From Takakia lepidozioides (lineage: Eukaryota > Plantae > Bryophyta), in assembly GCA_030704615.1 (NCBI GenBank), contig CM060734.1:61132001-61196000 (forward strand): DNA of 64,000 bases, read 5' to 3'. This document shows positions 12,201 to 22,935 of this stretch, one piece after another. Below the pieces are notes generated by a model. The model worked only from the letters and a program-made list of their open reading frames with translations, searched no databases and was not told the DNA's origin. Made by a program: the position numbers and the translations under genes. Each line of letters starts with the position of its first letter. The first letter of the stretch is position 1.

Positions 12201-13409
12201 TGCCACTCTCTGGGCAATCTCTTTTGACATGGGGTCCTCCACATGTCCAACATATCACCCCTGGTTGTTGTTGGCCTGCAAAAGATGCCACGGGTTTCTG
12301 CACCCGAGGTCCCCTATAAGCTCCATGGAACTTGGGCTGGGAAACCTTGCCCCCCTGACCACGCTGCTAGGCAGTACCTTGTGTCTGTGGGCTGGCAGCT
12401 GCGCCTCGTGCAGGCATGTCCTTGCCAAATCCAATGGTAACAACTCGCTCCTCCACCATGTTGAGCTCAATCCGCTCAGCCAGCAGAAACACATTTGCTA
12501 ATGTGGGTTGGGCTGCTTGTAATAGGGTTGCATCTCGCACCCTTCTCTTGAGCTCCTTATCCAGAATTCCATACCAAAATTGGATTGCCTGAGCTTCAGT
12601 AACCCCTTGGGTCACACTTATCAAGCGCCTCATACGAGTGTACGCCTCTCGCAGGCTCTCACTGGGTTTGCGCTGGAAGTCTTGCAAACTTCGCAGCTTC
12701 TCTGTCCGTACACCTTGGTAGTTCCTCCGCAACTCCTGGAAGAACTCCACCACCGGGTTGAATCTAGGCACATGTGTTGTAGTCGTGGCAGGAGGAGTAG
12801 TAGCACCTTTTGAACTGGTACCACCTGCAGAGAAGTACCAGCACTACTTGCTCCACTACTAGTGCAGGCAGTGGGAGCTATTGGTACTGATGCAGCTACT
12901 GGTCGCGTCGTGCCTCGAGTAATGGAGACGTAGTCAGGTGACCAATACATCCTCCACTCCTCAATCTCTGCTTCATGTCCTCGCCTGAACTCGTGGTAAT
13001 CGCCCATAGGCGGGCCTTCCAAATGCTGGAACAGCCCCTTCCACGCCATGAATGGGGTGAATAGTTGTGGGTTGCGCATCTGCTGCAAATCACACCAGCT
13101 GTCGAACTCCTGGGTAAAGTCATCGAACTCGATTGTGCCCACAGCTCCAGAGTACCTACGAGGCCCCTTGGTAGCTCCATACATCTCCTCCATGTCGTCC
13201 CACAACAATGACGAATGAAAGTGCACACCTGTTGATGAAGCCTCCGAGTCTGTGTCTGACTCTACAGTAATTGAGGGTGGCGGTGAAGGTGGTCTGATCC
13301 GAATACCTCGTCTTGTGAACCCACTCTCACTGTTACTGCTTGTAGCCGTACTCCCCTCAAAACCCTTGGGTAACTCCGTAATGACACTCACAATGTGCAC
13401 CTCCTCCAC
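9205..13409 (-). pseudogene. gag, aspartic protease and DNMT3-like C5 cytosine methyltransferase (single ORF in the two-copy consensus)
   Basis: Zn knuckles CWTCGGPHVKRDC and CGHCGKYGHGDAQC; protease LLDSGAQ; MTase motifs LDLFGG, GWPCQ, ENV, RPRLWW, ERERAMGF, LGQAMD (~9520-10460); internal stops are not shared with copy 2. Confidence 0.9.
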
Positions 13410-13927
13410 GTGACACTATAAGGCTCTAGTACTAATCTAATAGTGACACAGGTGGGCACCTGTTGCAGTTTAAGGGTCATATCCCAATGGCTCAGGGCAC
13501 CTGCACCTGCATCCACCGCAAGAACTCCTATGGTTGGCTGGTCATCAACCCAGCCTCACCATAGAAGAAACACTGGTGGTCTTGCTGGTCATCACTCCAG
13601 CCTCACCTCCGACAGCATACTCTAGGATTGACCGGTGATCAAATCCGGCCTAATCCCTATGAAAGCAAGCGCCCACACAAAACCAACATGGCGCACAGTC
13701 AAGCATGCAGGTGTTGGGGGGGATCCAAACACAAGAAATCAAAACATCAACACCCCCACACCAAAATCCAGCTGCAATGCTGATCCTGCAGAATAGCCCA
13801 GCCCAAAACCCGGACTGACTGGCCTCCACCAAGAGAGGCTTTGGCAACTACAAGTACAAGGTAATGAAAATAGTACAGAGATGGAGGGGAAGAATAGAAG
13901 CCCGACCAAGCAAGATCTAATCTTGAT

Positions 13928-14677
13928 CTATGCTATCAACTGCCAGACTTCTCTCAAAGTGCCTCGCTCTGCATGATGGTAAGGTGTAGGAGGTATATCT
14001 ATGTCCAGAAACCTGCCACTAACCTTGTCCCAAGCTACAGTAGCTCGCTCTAACCAACCCTCCTCCTCTTTCTGCCAGGTAGAGACAAAGCAACACTCTG
14101 CTATCTCCCGCTCACTGAACACTAAAGAAAACAAAGGTAGGGTCTGATAGTCTCTCAACTCGAAAGCTTTGAGACGGTTGCGGGTGTCCTCATTACGAAT
14201 GACTGCATCTCCTTCACGCACAACAAACATGTCATTGCAAATGAACCCCCGCTCGTGGTTGCCCTGTGCAGAGCGTGTCCGACTGCAACACTGTCTGATT
14301 GCACAAACTTGTGCAGCTCCTGCTCCTCTGCTCCAGTACACCACGGCCTTGTGGCTGAACACCTTGGTACCCGGGGCTGTATTTGGCTGTGTTCCAAGCC
14401 TAGCTTTCACCCACTTTGGTATTTCACTTACAGCTGCAGAACTGCTGGCTCCAACAGAGTTCTGATTGTCCAAGGCGATATTGAGGCCCTCAACGCCAAC
14501 TACAGCAGTCTGTTGTCTACTGTTAATGCCTGACTCCCAGTATGCAATCAACTCGTCCAACTGTTCTCCACTCAAATCAGTCTGAGTTCCTTGGGAAACA
14601 TAAATCCTGTCCCCTTGTGTGCACAGGCTAAGAGAAGAGACCTGCCCTTCAATTACGTCCTCATTTCCCCCAGCCAT
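13928..14677 (-). CDS. Extra 249-aa ORF of unknown function in the retrotransposon 5' leader
   Basis: ATG-initiated, uninterrupted, same strand as gag-pol, inside the TSD-bounded element. Confidence 0.5.
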   Translation of the reverse strand: MAGGNEDVIEGQVSSLSLCTQGDRIYVSQGTQTDLSGEQLDELIAYWESGINSRQQTAVVGVEGLNIALDNQNSVGASSSAAVSEIPKWVKARLGTQPNTAPGTKVFSHKAVVYWSRGAGAAQVCAIRQCCSRTRSAQGNHERGFICNDMFVVREGDAVIRNEDTRNRLKAFELRDYQTLPLFSLVFSEREIAECCFVSTWQKEEEGWLERATVAWDKVSGRFLDIDIPPTPYHHAERGTLREVWQLIA

Positions 14678-16987
14678 ACAAGGAGTACATCCACAGATTT
14701 GTCTCTCATATAGACCAGCACAGGTTCTAGAAACAGAATTGTGGATCTTTCATGACACACTCACACTCTAAAAACTCCATAGATTTTTAGCAGAGTCCTA
14801 AAAACAAAAATATCTAGATAGGTAGATATCCCCTTTCTGCAGCTATCCCCCCAAAAACTGAGTCAAACAGAGTCCATTTGACAAAGATATGACCAATTTG
14901 GCTCTAATCAAAAGACCAAACAAATACAAAGAAAACTCTTTTTTTTATTAAAAAAAATACTTGTCTTGGTTCCCTGTTCCCTGGTTATCTACGGGTTCCC
15001 AAACATGTTCATGTAGTTCTCACAGTCTGGATTCACCCCCTCCTTCGTTCTGTGCTCTTATGTTGTGGCAGTGCGTGGGATGTGAAGGTCGGTGATGCGG
15101 GTCTTGGCCTTTCTGTCAAGGAGAACGTGAGAAGGCTTCAGATCAGTACACCCTGTGCTCCGGGCACTCAGGATGCAGGTACGCCAACGCGCGTTTGTTA
15201 CACCGATGGCAACGTTGAGTCGATCCCTTCAGCTCATATCCCGCTCATACACCAAGTGTCACCTGGTGAGTTCATAGTCTCCCACTCTCATGCTTTCCTG
15301 CAACAAACACGACCTTGAGGTTCAATCCTCCAAAACTGAGGATCGCCAGCCTGGGGAGGTTGACACTGTCAGAAAGGCGCCCCTCCCGTCCAGCAAATGG
15401 CCTAAGATCTGGTGACCTCGTCAATCCTCCCCTGGACTGCTCTTGCTTGGCTTTCTCACAGCTGCCTGCACCTGTCACTGTGTTTCTGCCTTGACATTTG
15501 ACTACCCTCCCAAGAATGTAGAAGTCCCTAAGATTCTCCGTCTGCCGCTGAAGCACTGTGGCAGTCAGGCTTGCCCTGGTGTCACCTTCCACCTCCCCAC
15601 CTTTCTTCAGGGCTTCAATCACTCTTTAAACTGCTCGTGTTATGGACAGCCCCAACAGACTGAATGTGGTTAGTAATGGGGGGTGTTTTCTGGGTAGTGT
15701 GATGAGCTCAAGGTTCGCTTTGGGGAGCCTTGATACTGATCGGGTTGCTGGTGCGGTCGTGACGGAATTCCGCCTGGGATGTGGACGTGGGCTGACCGTT
15801 GCATGTGGCTGTCGAAGAAAAAGGAATTGGTCCGTGAGAAGCCTGAAGAAGCGCGGTCTTACTTGCTTGCATCAATACAAGTATTGCCCATTTAATTTCC
15901 TCTCCTCTTCCCTACATCTCTCCCCACCTTAGCTCCCGGAAGAACTGTCCCCCAGTCTGTATGTCTTCTCTCCTTCTGTGCGTTGCCTACCGGTTTTTTA
16001 CGCACGGGAAAGCAACAACACAACCAAATGCAAACTACAGACTCTAGAAGAGAGAACGGACTAACAGGCGAAAAACTCAAGCCCGTGACGTTCTTCCTAG
16101 AGAAGCGACCCTGCCACCCATTCGCCAAAAACAGGGTCTTCTGACAAGTAGCATAAGGACGGACACTAGATGCCACAACAACTGTACTCAGCACTGGGGC
16201 ATGAGTTCCACCTTCAGCAACATGAAGACTCTTATCTCTCCAGCGTACTCCGATACCATCGCTCCGACATCCAAGCCACTGCCTTTTGCGAGTCAAACAC
16301 GGAAATTTCCCTCTACAAAACCCGCTATCAGTGCAATTCTCACGCTTCCCCGTCGTACACACGCCCCGGTCACACAAGAGGGCTTCGCAGGAGCTTTCCT
16401 CCCGTCCGCCATCTCACTTGCGTGGTATGAACAAGAAAATGGTGCTTGCTGGTCTACAGTCTATTCCTAAGTAGACACTGCTCATCACACATGCCTGACT
16501 CGGGCACACCCTGCAGAACTTCGGAGCGAATCCCCCGCGCAACAGTCGGGATTTGACTGACACGTCGGTGCTGCAGCAACAGCCGCTTGGCACCTTCAGT
16601 TATCAGAGGATTGCGACATAGCCTGTTGTGTAAACCGAGCACACAACCCAGTTGACTAGCATCTCAACCCAGCCTTTCCCTCTCAGTGGAGCCTCCCTGA
16701 CAATGAGAGCACATGACGTGGTTACAGAGTTCGTCTCCATGCGCGCAGGTGCAGTGTGAAGAAGCTTGAAAGGGCAGGCAGCCATGGCCGAGTTGCTGCC
16801 GTGCTTCAACCCCACTCTACCTATAACCCCCAAGTCCCACATTGCGATGAGGATGTGGAGAAACTCAAGCTCGCGCGTTCTATGCTCATTGCTTGAACTG
16901 TGTACAAGACCATGACCATCTATATTATAATAATGATGGTAAAAAAACAAAAAACATATCTAGCTTAGCACTGGAAAACTAGATAGA

Positions 16988-17003
16988 GCTCAGCTCTCTC
17001 GAG
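16988..17003 (-). promoter_or_regulatory. Putative self-priming primer-binding site
   Basis: Abuts X; reverse complement of an LTR-internal motif (15/16 to 5601-5616, 13/14 to 17192-17205); no TGG tRNA PBS present. Confidence 0.6.
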
Positions 17004-17354
17004 TGATAAGAAAACCAAAGAACACACTGTTGACACCAAATATGAAAACCAAAACCATCACTCTTGAAATAGTAGTCGAGCCGGGGGCCACCCCAAGCTA
17101 TGGGGACTCCACCCCACAACAACCTACACTCCCATCATGAGTACACTCAGATCTAAACGCAGTGCAGGAGCTCGGTCGTGCAGGCTCAAAGCGAGAGAGA
17201 TGAGCCGCGCGACTGCCGTCTCTCGTGAAGATAAGACGGGTCAGGTGTCAAACTAAACTTGACACCTGATTTAACACTTGACCTAAATCAAGTGTTAAAT
17301 ACAAATAATAGCTTTCTTTTAGCTAGTTTCACACTGTGCTTATTTAACTTGACA
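17004..17354 (-). repeat. Terminal 351-bp LTR segment X (element 5' end)
   Basis: Direct repeat of 5416-5766; not adjoined by Y. Confidence 0.95.
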
Positions 17355-18953
17355 ACCATGTTGACGTCAGTCTGTTTAGTACATGAGGCTTCACGAAGGA
17401 TGGTCTGCTCTGTGCAGGATGGGTGCTCGGTTTGGCAAAGCACATGCTCTGCACGTGAAGGCGGGTAATTCCATGCTGATGTTTTTTGAAGGGACCCACG
17501 GTTTGAATGCGGACTGTCGCCGGATGACATAAAGGCGGTCCAGAAGGTTGAGTCGGAGTGCACAGATAGACTCCTGGAGCTGTGGTGTCGATTCTATGAG
17601 AAGTCGGTTGAGGTTGTTTTCACCAATATTATTGCTGTTCTTCCAACGTCGACGTGGACGGTGTTGAAGTCATTGGGGGTGGGGCAACATGAAAGCCTTC
17701 TGGAGGTCTTGAAAGATTGCCTCAACACTGAACGACTGGGCAAGGACTTGAAAGAGTGCGATTTCATTTTGGTGCCAATTGGGGACGAGTAAGAACTCTT
17801 CTGAGTCTACTGAGACTGTCTCTTGAATCATAGTCTGGTTTCGCAGTGTCGTCTTGACTCTGAGCGATTAAGTTGACCTCTGTATTTGTGCAGTGGATGG
17901 GGTTTGAAGATTGAGTCTGCTGAGTGGTCGGTCTGCTGAGTCTGCCCATCATGATTGTGCAATGACGCCATGTTGTTTGATACCATTGCAGGGGGCACTG
18001 GAGTGTTTGTATCATCGACCTCCGCAAGGGCTGTTACACTCACCTGAACTCTATCAGGGACTCGCATAAATGTCCCTTTGTTCTAGGGTGGATTCGGAAG
18101 CTTCATGCTGAGTGCTTAGGGTACTCGATGGACTCACCAGAGTGGCATGAGATTGTCCAAGCATTTCAGTTCCACGCGCCTGATGTGCCCCAACAACCAT
18201 TCAGCTAGGAGTGTGGCTTTTACGTCATGTCATTCATTCAAGTGTTTTATGAGTGGGTAAAAGTCAGAAGCAAATCTCCAAGACTGCAAAGCCAAGAGGA
18301 TGAACACCTTTCACGAAGGACTGGTTTACTTTCAAGTTTGCACTTGGGCAGCGAATGCAGTGTGCCCAGTATATCGTGCGGGGGTTGGACAATGTAGAGA
18401 AACTGCTCTCATGAGTATACTTGTCATGTGAAAGTTATGTACCGAAATAAAAAATGCGAGTCTTTTCGCTTACTATTCCAGTGGTGATGAGCACTTTTGT
18501 GTACTGTGGGTGCTGACATGTTTTGTAATGTTGTCACTAAACTCAATGGACACAATGGTATCAATTTTTCCATGCACTGTGCACCCGAGTCTGCTGAGCT
18601 TGAATGTTCGAGCAGTACGCTGCCGAGGCTAGGACTGCTGGGTCTGGTACCTAGTCTGGGAGGCACCATGTCCATGAGTCCGCTGGGACGTTGGATTGGC
18701 ATAAGTTGCAGGGATGAGGTGGAAGTGTGGTGAGCAGACTTTTGGAGTGGGCAGCAGACTGACAGCAGACTGGCTTACTGGCGCTCGCAGTTGTTGACTG
18801 TGACTCTGTTGGGAGACTGTGCGTGAGTCCGTTGGGAGACTATGCTTGGGAGACTGTGTGGGAGTCAGTTGGGAGACTGGAGGAGTCCGTTGGGAGACTG
18901 TGCATTAGTCCATTGCGGCACTTGTATTTTAGAAAGGGACAATGCTACCAGAA

Positions 18954-19218
18954 GAATTGCAGACTTATATTGTCTTTTTCGTGATACCTACACGACATGA
19001 AACCTTGTCTCTTTTCGAGGAATTGCAGACTTATATTGTCTTCTTCGTCACACCTACACGACATGAAACCTTGTCTCTTTTCGAGGAATTGCAGACTATA
19101 TTGTCTTCTCCGTGGACACCTACACGACGTGAAACCTTGTCTCTTTTCGAGGCATTGCCAGACTTATATTGTCTTCTTCGTGACATCTACACGACCTGAA
19201 ACCTTGCGAATTTTCGAG
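18954..19218. repeat. 66-bp tandem repeat x4 at the 3' end of the MULE transposase
   Basis: gaattgcagacttatattgtc... recurs at 18954, 19020, 19086 and ~19151. Confidence 0.9.
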
Positions 19219-19243
19219 TATATATGTGCTGCAGGTGCAGGTT

Positions 19244-22200
19244 TCAGACACCACCTCTTGCTGGTTCTCCACAAAACCCTAGGCCGGGTTTTCCAGGCCT
19301 CACGAAATCTCGTCTCCTTTTCAGAGACATGTTGTTGTTGTCGTTCAGAGGAAGGAAAGCCTTCGCTGCCGCAGGGTGCAACATTCCAGCCGCACTTTTT
19401 GCCAGAATATCAACGAGCTGCCCTCTGCACATATGAAGAGCAGATCGGGCATGTGCCTCCAGGTATTTGTCATCACCTACAATGCGAAGTATGTCCGCGA
19501 ATTCTTGTCCAATGAGGCTGAGACCTCCAGAGGTGCCTCGTCGTAGGGGAAGTTGTCCGGAGGATGTCTTTCCATGAACTGATTGGATTCGTCGTTGCCG
19601 CCGGCACATGCCCAAGAGCAAGTTAGGTAATCCTCCATGAATGGTTCCCAGCGCCGTGCCACAAGCGCGCACAAGGAGGCCATCCTGCAGGTCAGGGTGA
19701 AGCATCCAGGACACAGACCTGATGCTTGCATAAGTTCCCTTCAGTGCCATGGGCACGTGCAACAACCCCAATCGCAATCAGGATTGTAAACAATGTATGT
19801 TGTGCCGGGGTGGTTGCTGCTGAGAACGTAGGCTGGTTCACCAGGACCCAAGGGAAGAGTAACACTCTCAGCAGGAATGTCTCGTGCCGCAAGTATAGAA
19901 CTGGATATGTACTTTTCGTGTTTGTCATTTCTTATGAACCCGTGGGTCTTCAAATGGATTGCGTACCGGTAGTGTGTTAGCACACGGCCAGTGAGTTCCC
20001 ATATAAGCCAGTCCACTCTACGACCACTCATCTTGCCTTTCCCCATGACAAGTCTTGCCTTCAGATTTCCATGGTATGCCTCAATGCTTGCGTTTGTGTC
20101 TTGGCTCGCATGAGGGACATGGGGGCTGCTGTACACCACATTGCTATTTTGGGCTTCTAGTACTGTTCGAATAGTCAAGAATTCATGTCCTTTCGGGTAT
20201 TTTGACCTCATACGACGGATTCTCCTGCAACCCACCGAAGCGCTCTTTTCTCGTTGCGTGGTCCCCCTCTACAGTACATGAGGTCCCATATTCCTTCAAC
20301 AAGTTTACAGCGGTCACTGGATCCTTTGTTTTCTTGCATGATTGCTTTCACATGCCTTGCGGACATGCCAAAGGCAGAGGAAAAATGAGTAGTCCCTTAA
20401 AAAACAATTCTGGCACAACACACATGGTACACATTAGAGTCTTGGGATCGGACTGCAATGGTGGACTGCTGGAGTGGACTGTAACAGCAACCTGTATCAG
20501 CGGGCAGAGCCACTGGACTCGCCCAGTGGACAGTACAATGCCATGACGTTGATGTGCTGGAATAACCCCATTGGACTACCCAGTGGACTTCCCATTGGAC
20601 TCCCCATAGCTAGGACTGGGGCAGCGGACAGCATCAGAGGACTGCCCCATTGGACTGCCAACAGCGGACTGCAGAGTGGGACTTGGCAGCGGACGGCCGA
20701 CCCAGGGACTGCTGAGTGGACTTGGCAGCGGACTTGCCAGGGGACTAATGACCGGACTTGACAGCGGACTACCAGTGGATTTTCCCAGCGAACTGCCATC
20801 GGGTTTCGCCACAGGAGTCTGCTAGTGGACTGTAGCATGGACTGCTGCGTGGACCTCGACAATGGACCGGTTGTTGTGGACCAACAGACTTACCGAATAG
20901 CGTTGATTCTGCTTCGACATCGTTCACAATGAAGGCATTGGGTCGCCAGCTCGGCAAATCTGCCGAGGAGTGAATGCGCAAGGCTCTCATCCACGGAACC
21001 AAGTCTCTTGTCCGATTTCTCGCGGATATGAACATAGGCAACGGGTATACCGTTCACCACTCGTTGAAGACCATCAACGTGTACAATGGGAACTGTTGGA
21101 ATGCACAATGTAAGATGGTCAGAGCATGCAAATTCCGCTCAGTTCTGCACGAGAAGACTTCATAAGAGTGATGAGGTTTGTAGCGGTTCACAATGGGTCT
21201 GCCTCTCGGTCTTCCGCAACGTACACATGAAAACATACAGAAAGGGTCAGCACACCAAATATTATGTGAATGTTGCATGGTACTATGCTATCATGCTCAT
21301 ACAAGTCCATGGAATCGTTCGAATAGTACCTTGTCATGATTTGTCCCAAAGGTTGCATCACATGCAATGATACGGTCATGTCTTAGTTCCAGCATTCGTC
21401 GTTTCTGCCACGGAGTCTGTATGCCAATAGTGAATGTCAAATCTCCATCAAAATGCTCGAATGTTGGCTCTAATTTCTCCTCTTGATAGAAAAAAACGGA
21501 CGCAGGATTCTGGTCTCTCCACATGCGCACACTCTCTGCATCATCGGCGTGCTTTTTGAAGGTTTGCCACGCACGTTTCTCGGCAAGGTTGCGAACATCT
21601 TGCTCCAACAAGAAATCATCGCGGGTCCATGCATCGCCCAAGCCGGTGTTGCTCATCACGTGCTCTTTATGCTCCATCATGATTTTGGCGACCGACAGGC
21701 CTCGGCACAAACACTCGACGACCCAGGCTTTCAATTCCTCGCTAATGTGTGGTGCATAGGCGTGGCGGGTGTTCCTGAACTCTGCGGACTTCCCATGCGA
21801 GGGTTTCCCTTGCGCATCTGTATGCTCCATGTTGTTGTAGTACGTGAGGACACAGATGTCAGGGGCGAGATAACATTGCTGGACCTTGAAACAGCATTGG
21901 CAACCACGTTTGTAAGACTCTCCATACTCCGACTTCTTTCTTTTTGGGCCTTTATGAGGGCAAGATGTTCCAGCACCCACAAGAGGTCCTCCACGCTTCT
22001 GTTTTGGATCCTCCACTATTGCCTTGTTGGTGCGCTTGTCATCAGGACCGTAGCAGCATTGATACCTGGACAGAAAATTCTAAAATCAATATCCAACGAC
22101 TTGAGGAAGCATAAAATCAAAGAACTCGTGAAACAAAAAATGGCAACAGACATGCAATGAAACGTCAAAAGGACTGAGGATGGTGCACACATAATACTGG

Positions 22201-22513
22201 ACAGAAATGTGTTGGCTTTGGGTGCTTTTCGCGAGCCGGGTTCCACTTTAGAATGGACATTCACCCAAAACTGAGTGGGGTAGTCCTCCAAACTCTCCTC
22301 TCCCAGGACAAAGTCACCAACTCTATCCCAAGGTATGCAGGCCTTTTCAACATTCACTCGCACACCCATAAACCCATATTGCGTCTCACTCTTCCAATGG
22401 AGATCCTTCCTGTTGAAGGATCCTGGTTTTGCTGTTTGCAAACATTGTCGAAGAGGCCGTATAAGCGGGCTTTCCGTGATCAGTATATCATCGGGTTTTG
22501 CTTCCACGTCCAT
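19244..22513 (-). pseudogene. MULE-type DDE transposase with SWIM zinc finger, intron-containing, decayed
   Basis: IACDATFGTN, FIVNDVEAE, LCLWH, TNASIEAYHGNLK, SWIM CTCPW..GNLCKH. Confidence 0.8.
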
Positions 22514-22719
22514 GCCTTATACAGTACAAAGGACACGCTTCTGAACATGCAAGAAACGCGCCGCAGTACAAGACACGATCGACAACGTGCCAGGAGAACA
22601 GTGCGCACGTTCGCGGCTGCTGGCAAGTGGTAGACGGCAGGGATGCAGGTTTGAATTGCAGCCCTAAAAATGGAGGGCTCGGATGGGTTATGGGAATGGA
22701 CGGTGGCGATCCTGCGCTG

Positions 22720-22935
22720 TCAGCGGACTGGATGGTAGGGGACTGGCCAGCGGACTGGCGGGCAGACTGGCGGACTGGCAGACTGCTGGGCAGCGGACTG
22801 GCCAGCACTGGACTGGCGGGCAGACTGGTGGATTGGCGGGCAGACTGGCGGACTGGCAGATTGTTGAGCAGCGGACTGGCCAGCAGCGGACTGGCAGACT
22901 GGAGGGCAGCGGACTCATGGGCGGGGGACTGGCCG
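22720..22935. repeat. GGACTGGC/CAGACTGG short repeat array upstream of the transposase
   Basis: Many adjacent (g/a)gactgg units; similar arrays at ~20450-20880 and ~18740-18900. Confidence 0.8.

Larger units (their letters stand above)
5330..17354 (-). mobile_element. Full-length Ty3/gypsy retrotransposon, copy 1, encoding DNMT and PHD domains, with split LTRs and 4-bp TSD ACCA
   Basis: Termini TGTC...GACA; acca at 5326-5329 and 17355-17358; domain order gag-PR-DNMT-RT-RH-IN-PHD. Confidence 0.93.
2562..18400 (+). pseudogene. MULE-associated Ulp1/C48 SUMO-protease-like gene (Q/T-rich N-terminal exons, C-terminal protease), pseudogenised
   Basis: Exon ending 5172 (ag|gtgagt) joins in phase to exon 17492-17788 (..ECDFILVPIGD) and exon from 17992 (EGHWSVCIID..HLNS..DVPQQPFS*ECGFYVM): His/Gln/Cys motifs of Ulp1; stops at 2748, 3604 and 18206. 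Confidence 0.75.

Noticed and set aside
13410-17003. Tyrosine recombinase that would explain the split repeats (DIRS/Ngaro identity)
   Set aside because: No R-H-R-Y motifs visible in the listed ORFs; the element has a DDE integrase and a TSD (an HMM search is still advisable)
18954-19218. CRISPR-like array
   Set aside because: Contiguous 66-bp tandem units without unique spacers, in a eukaryotic context
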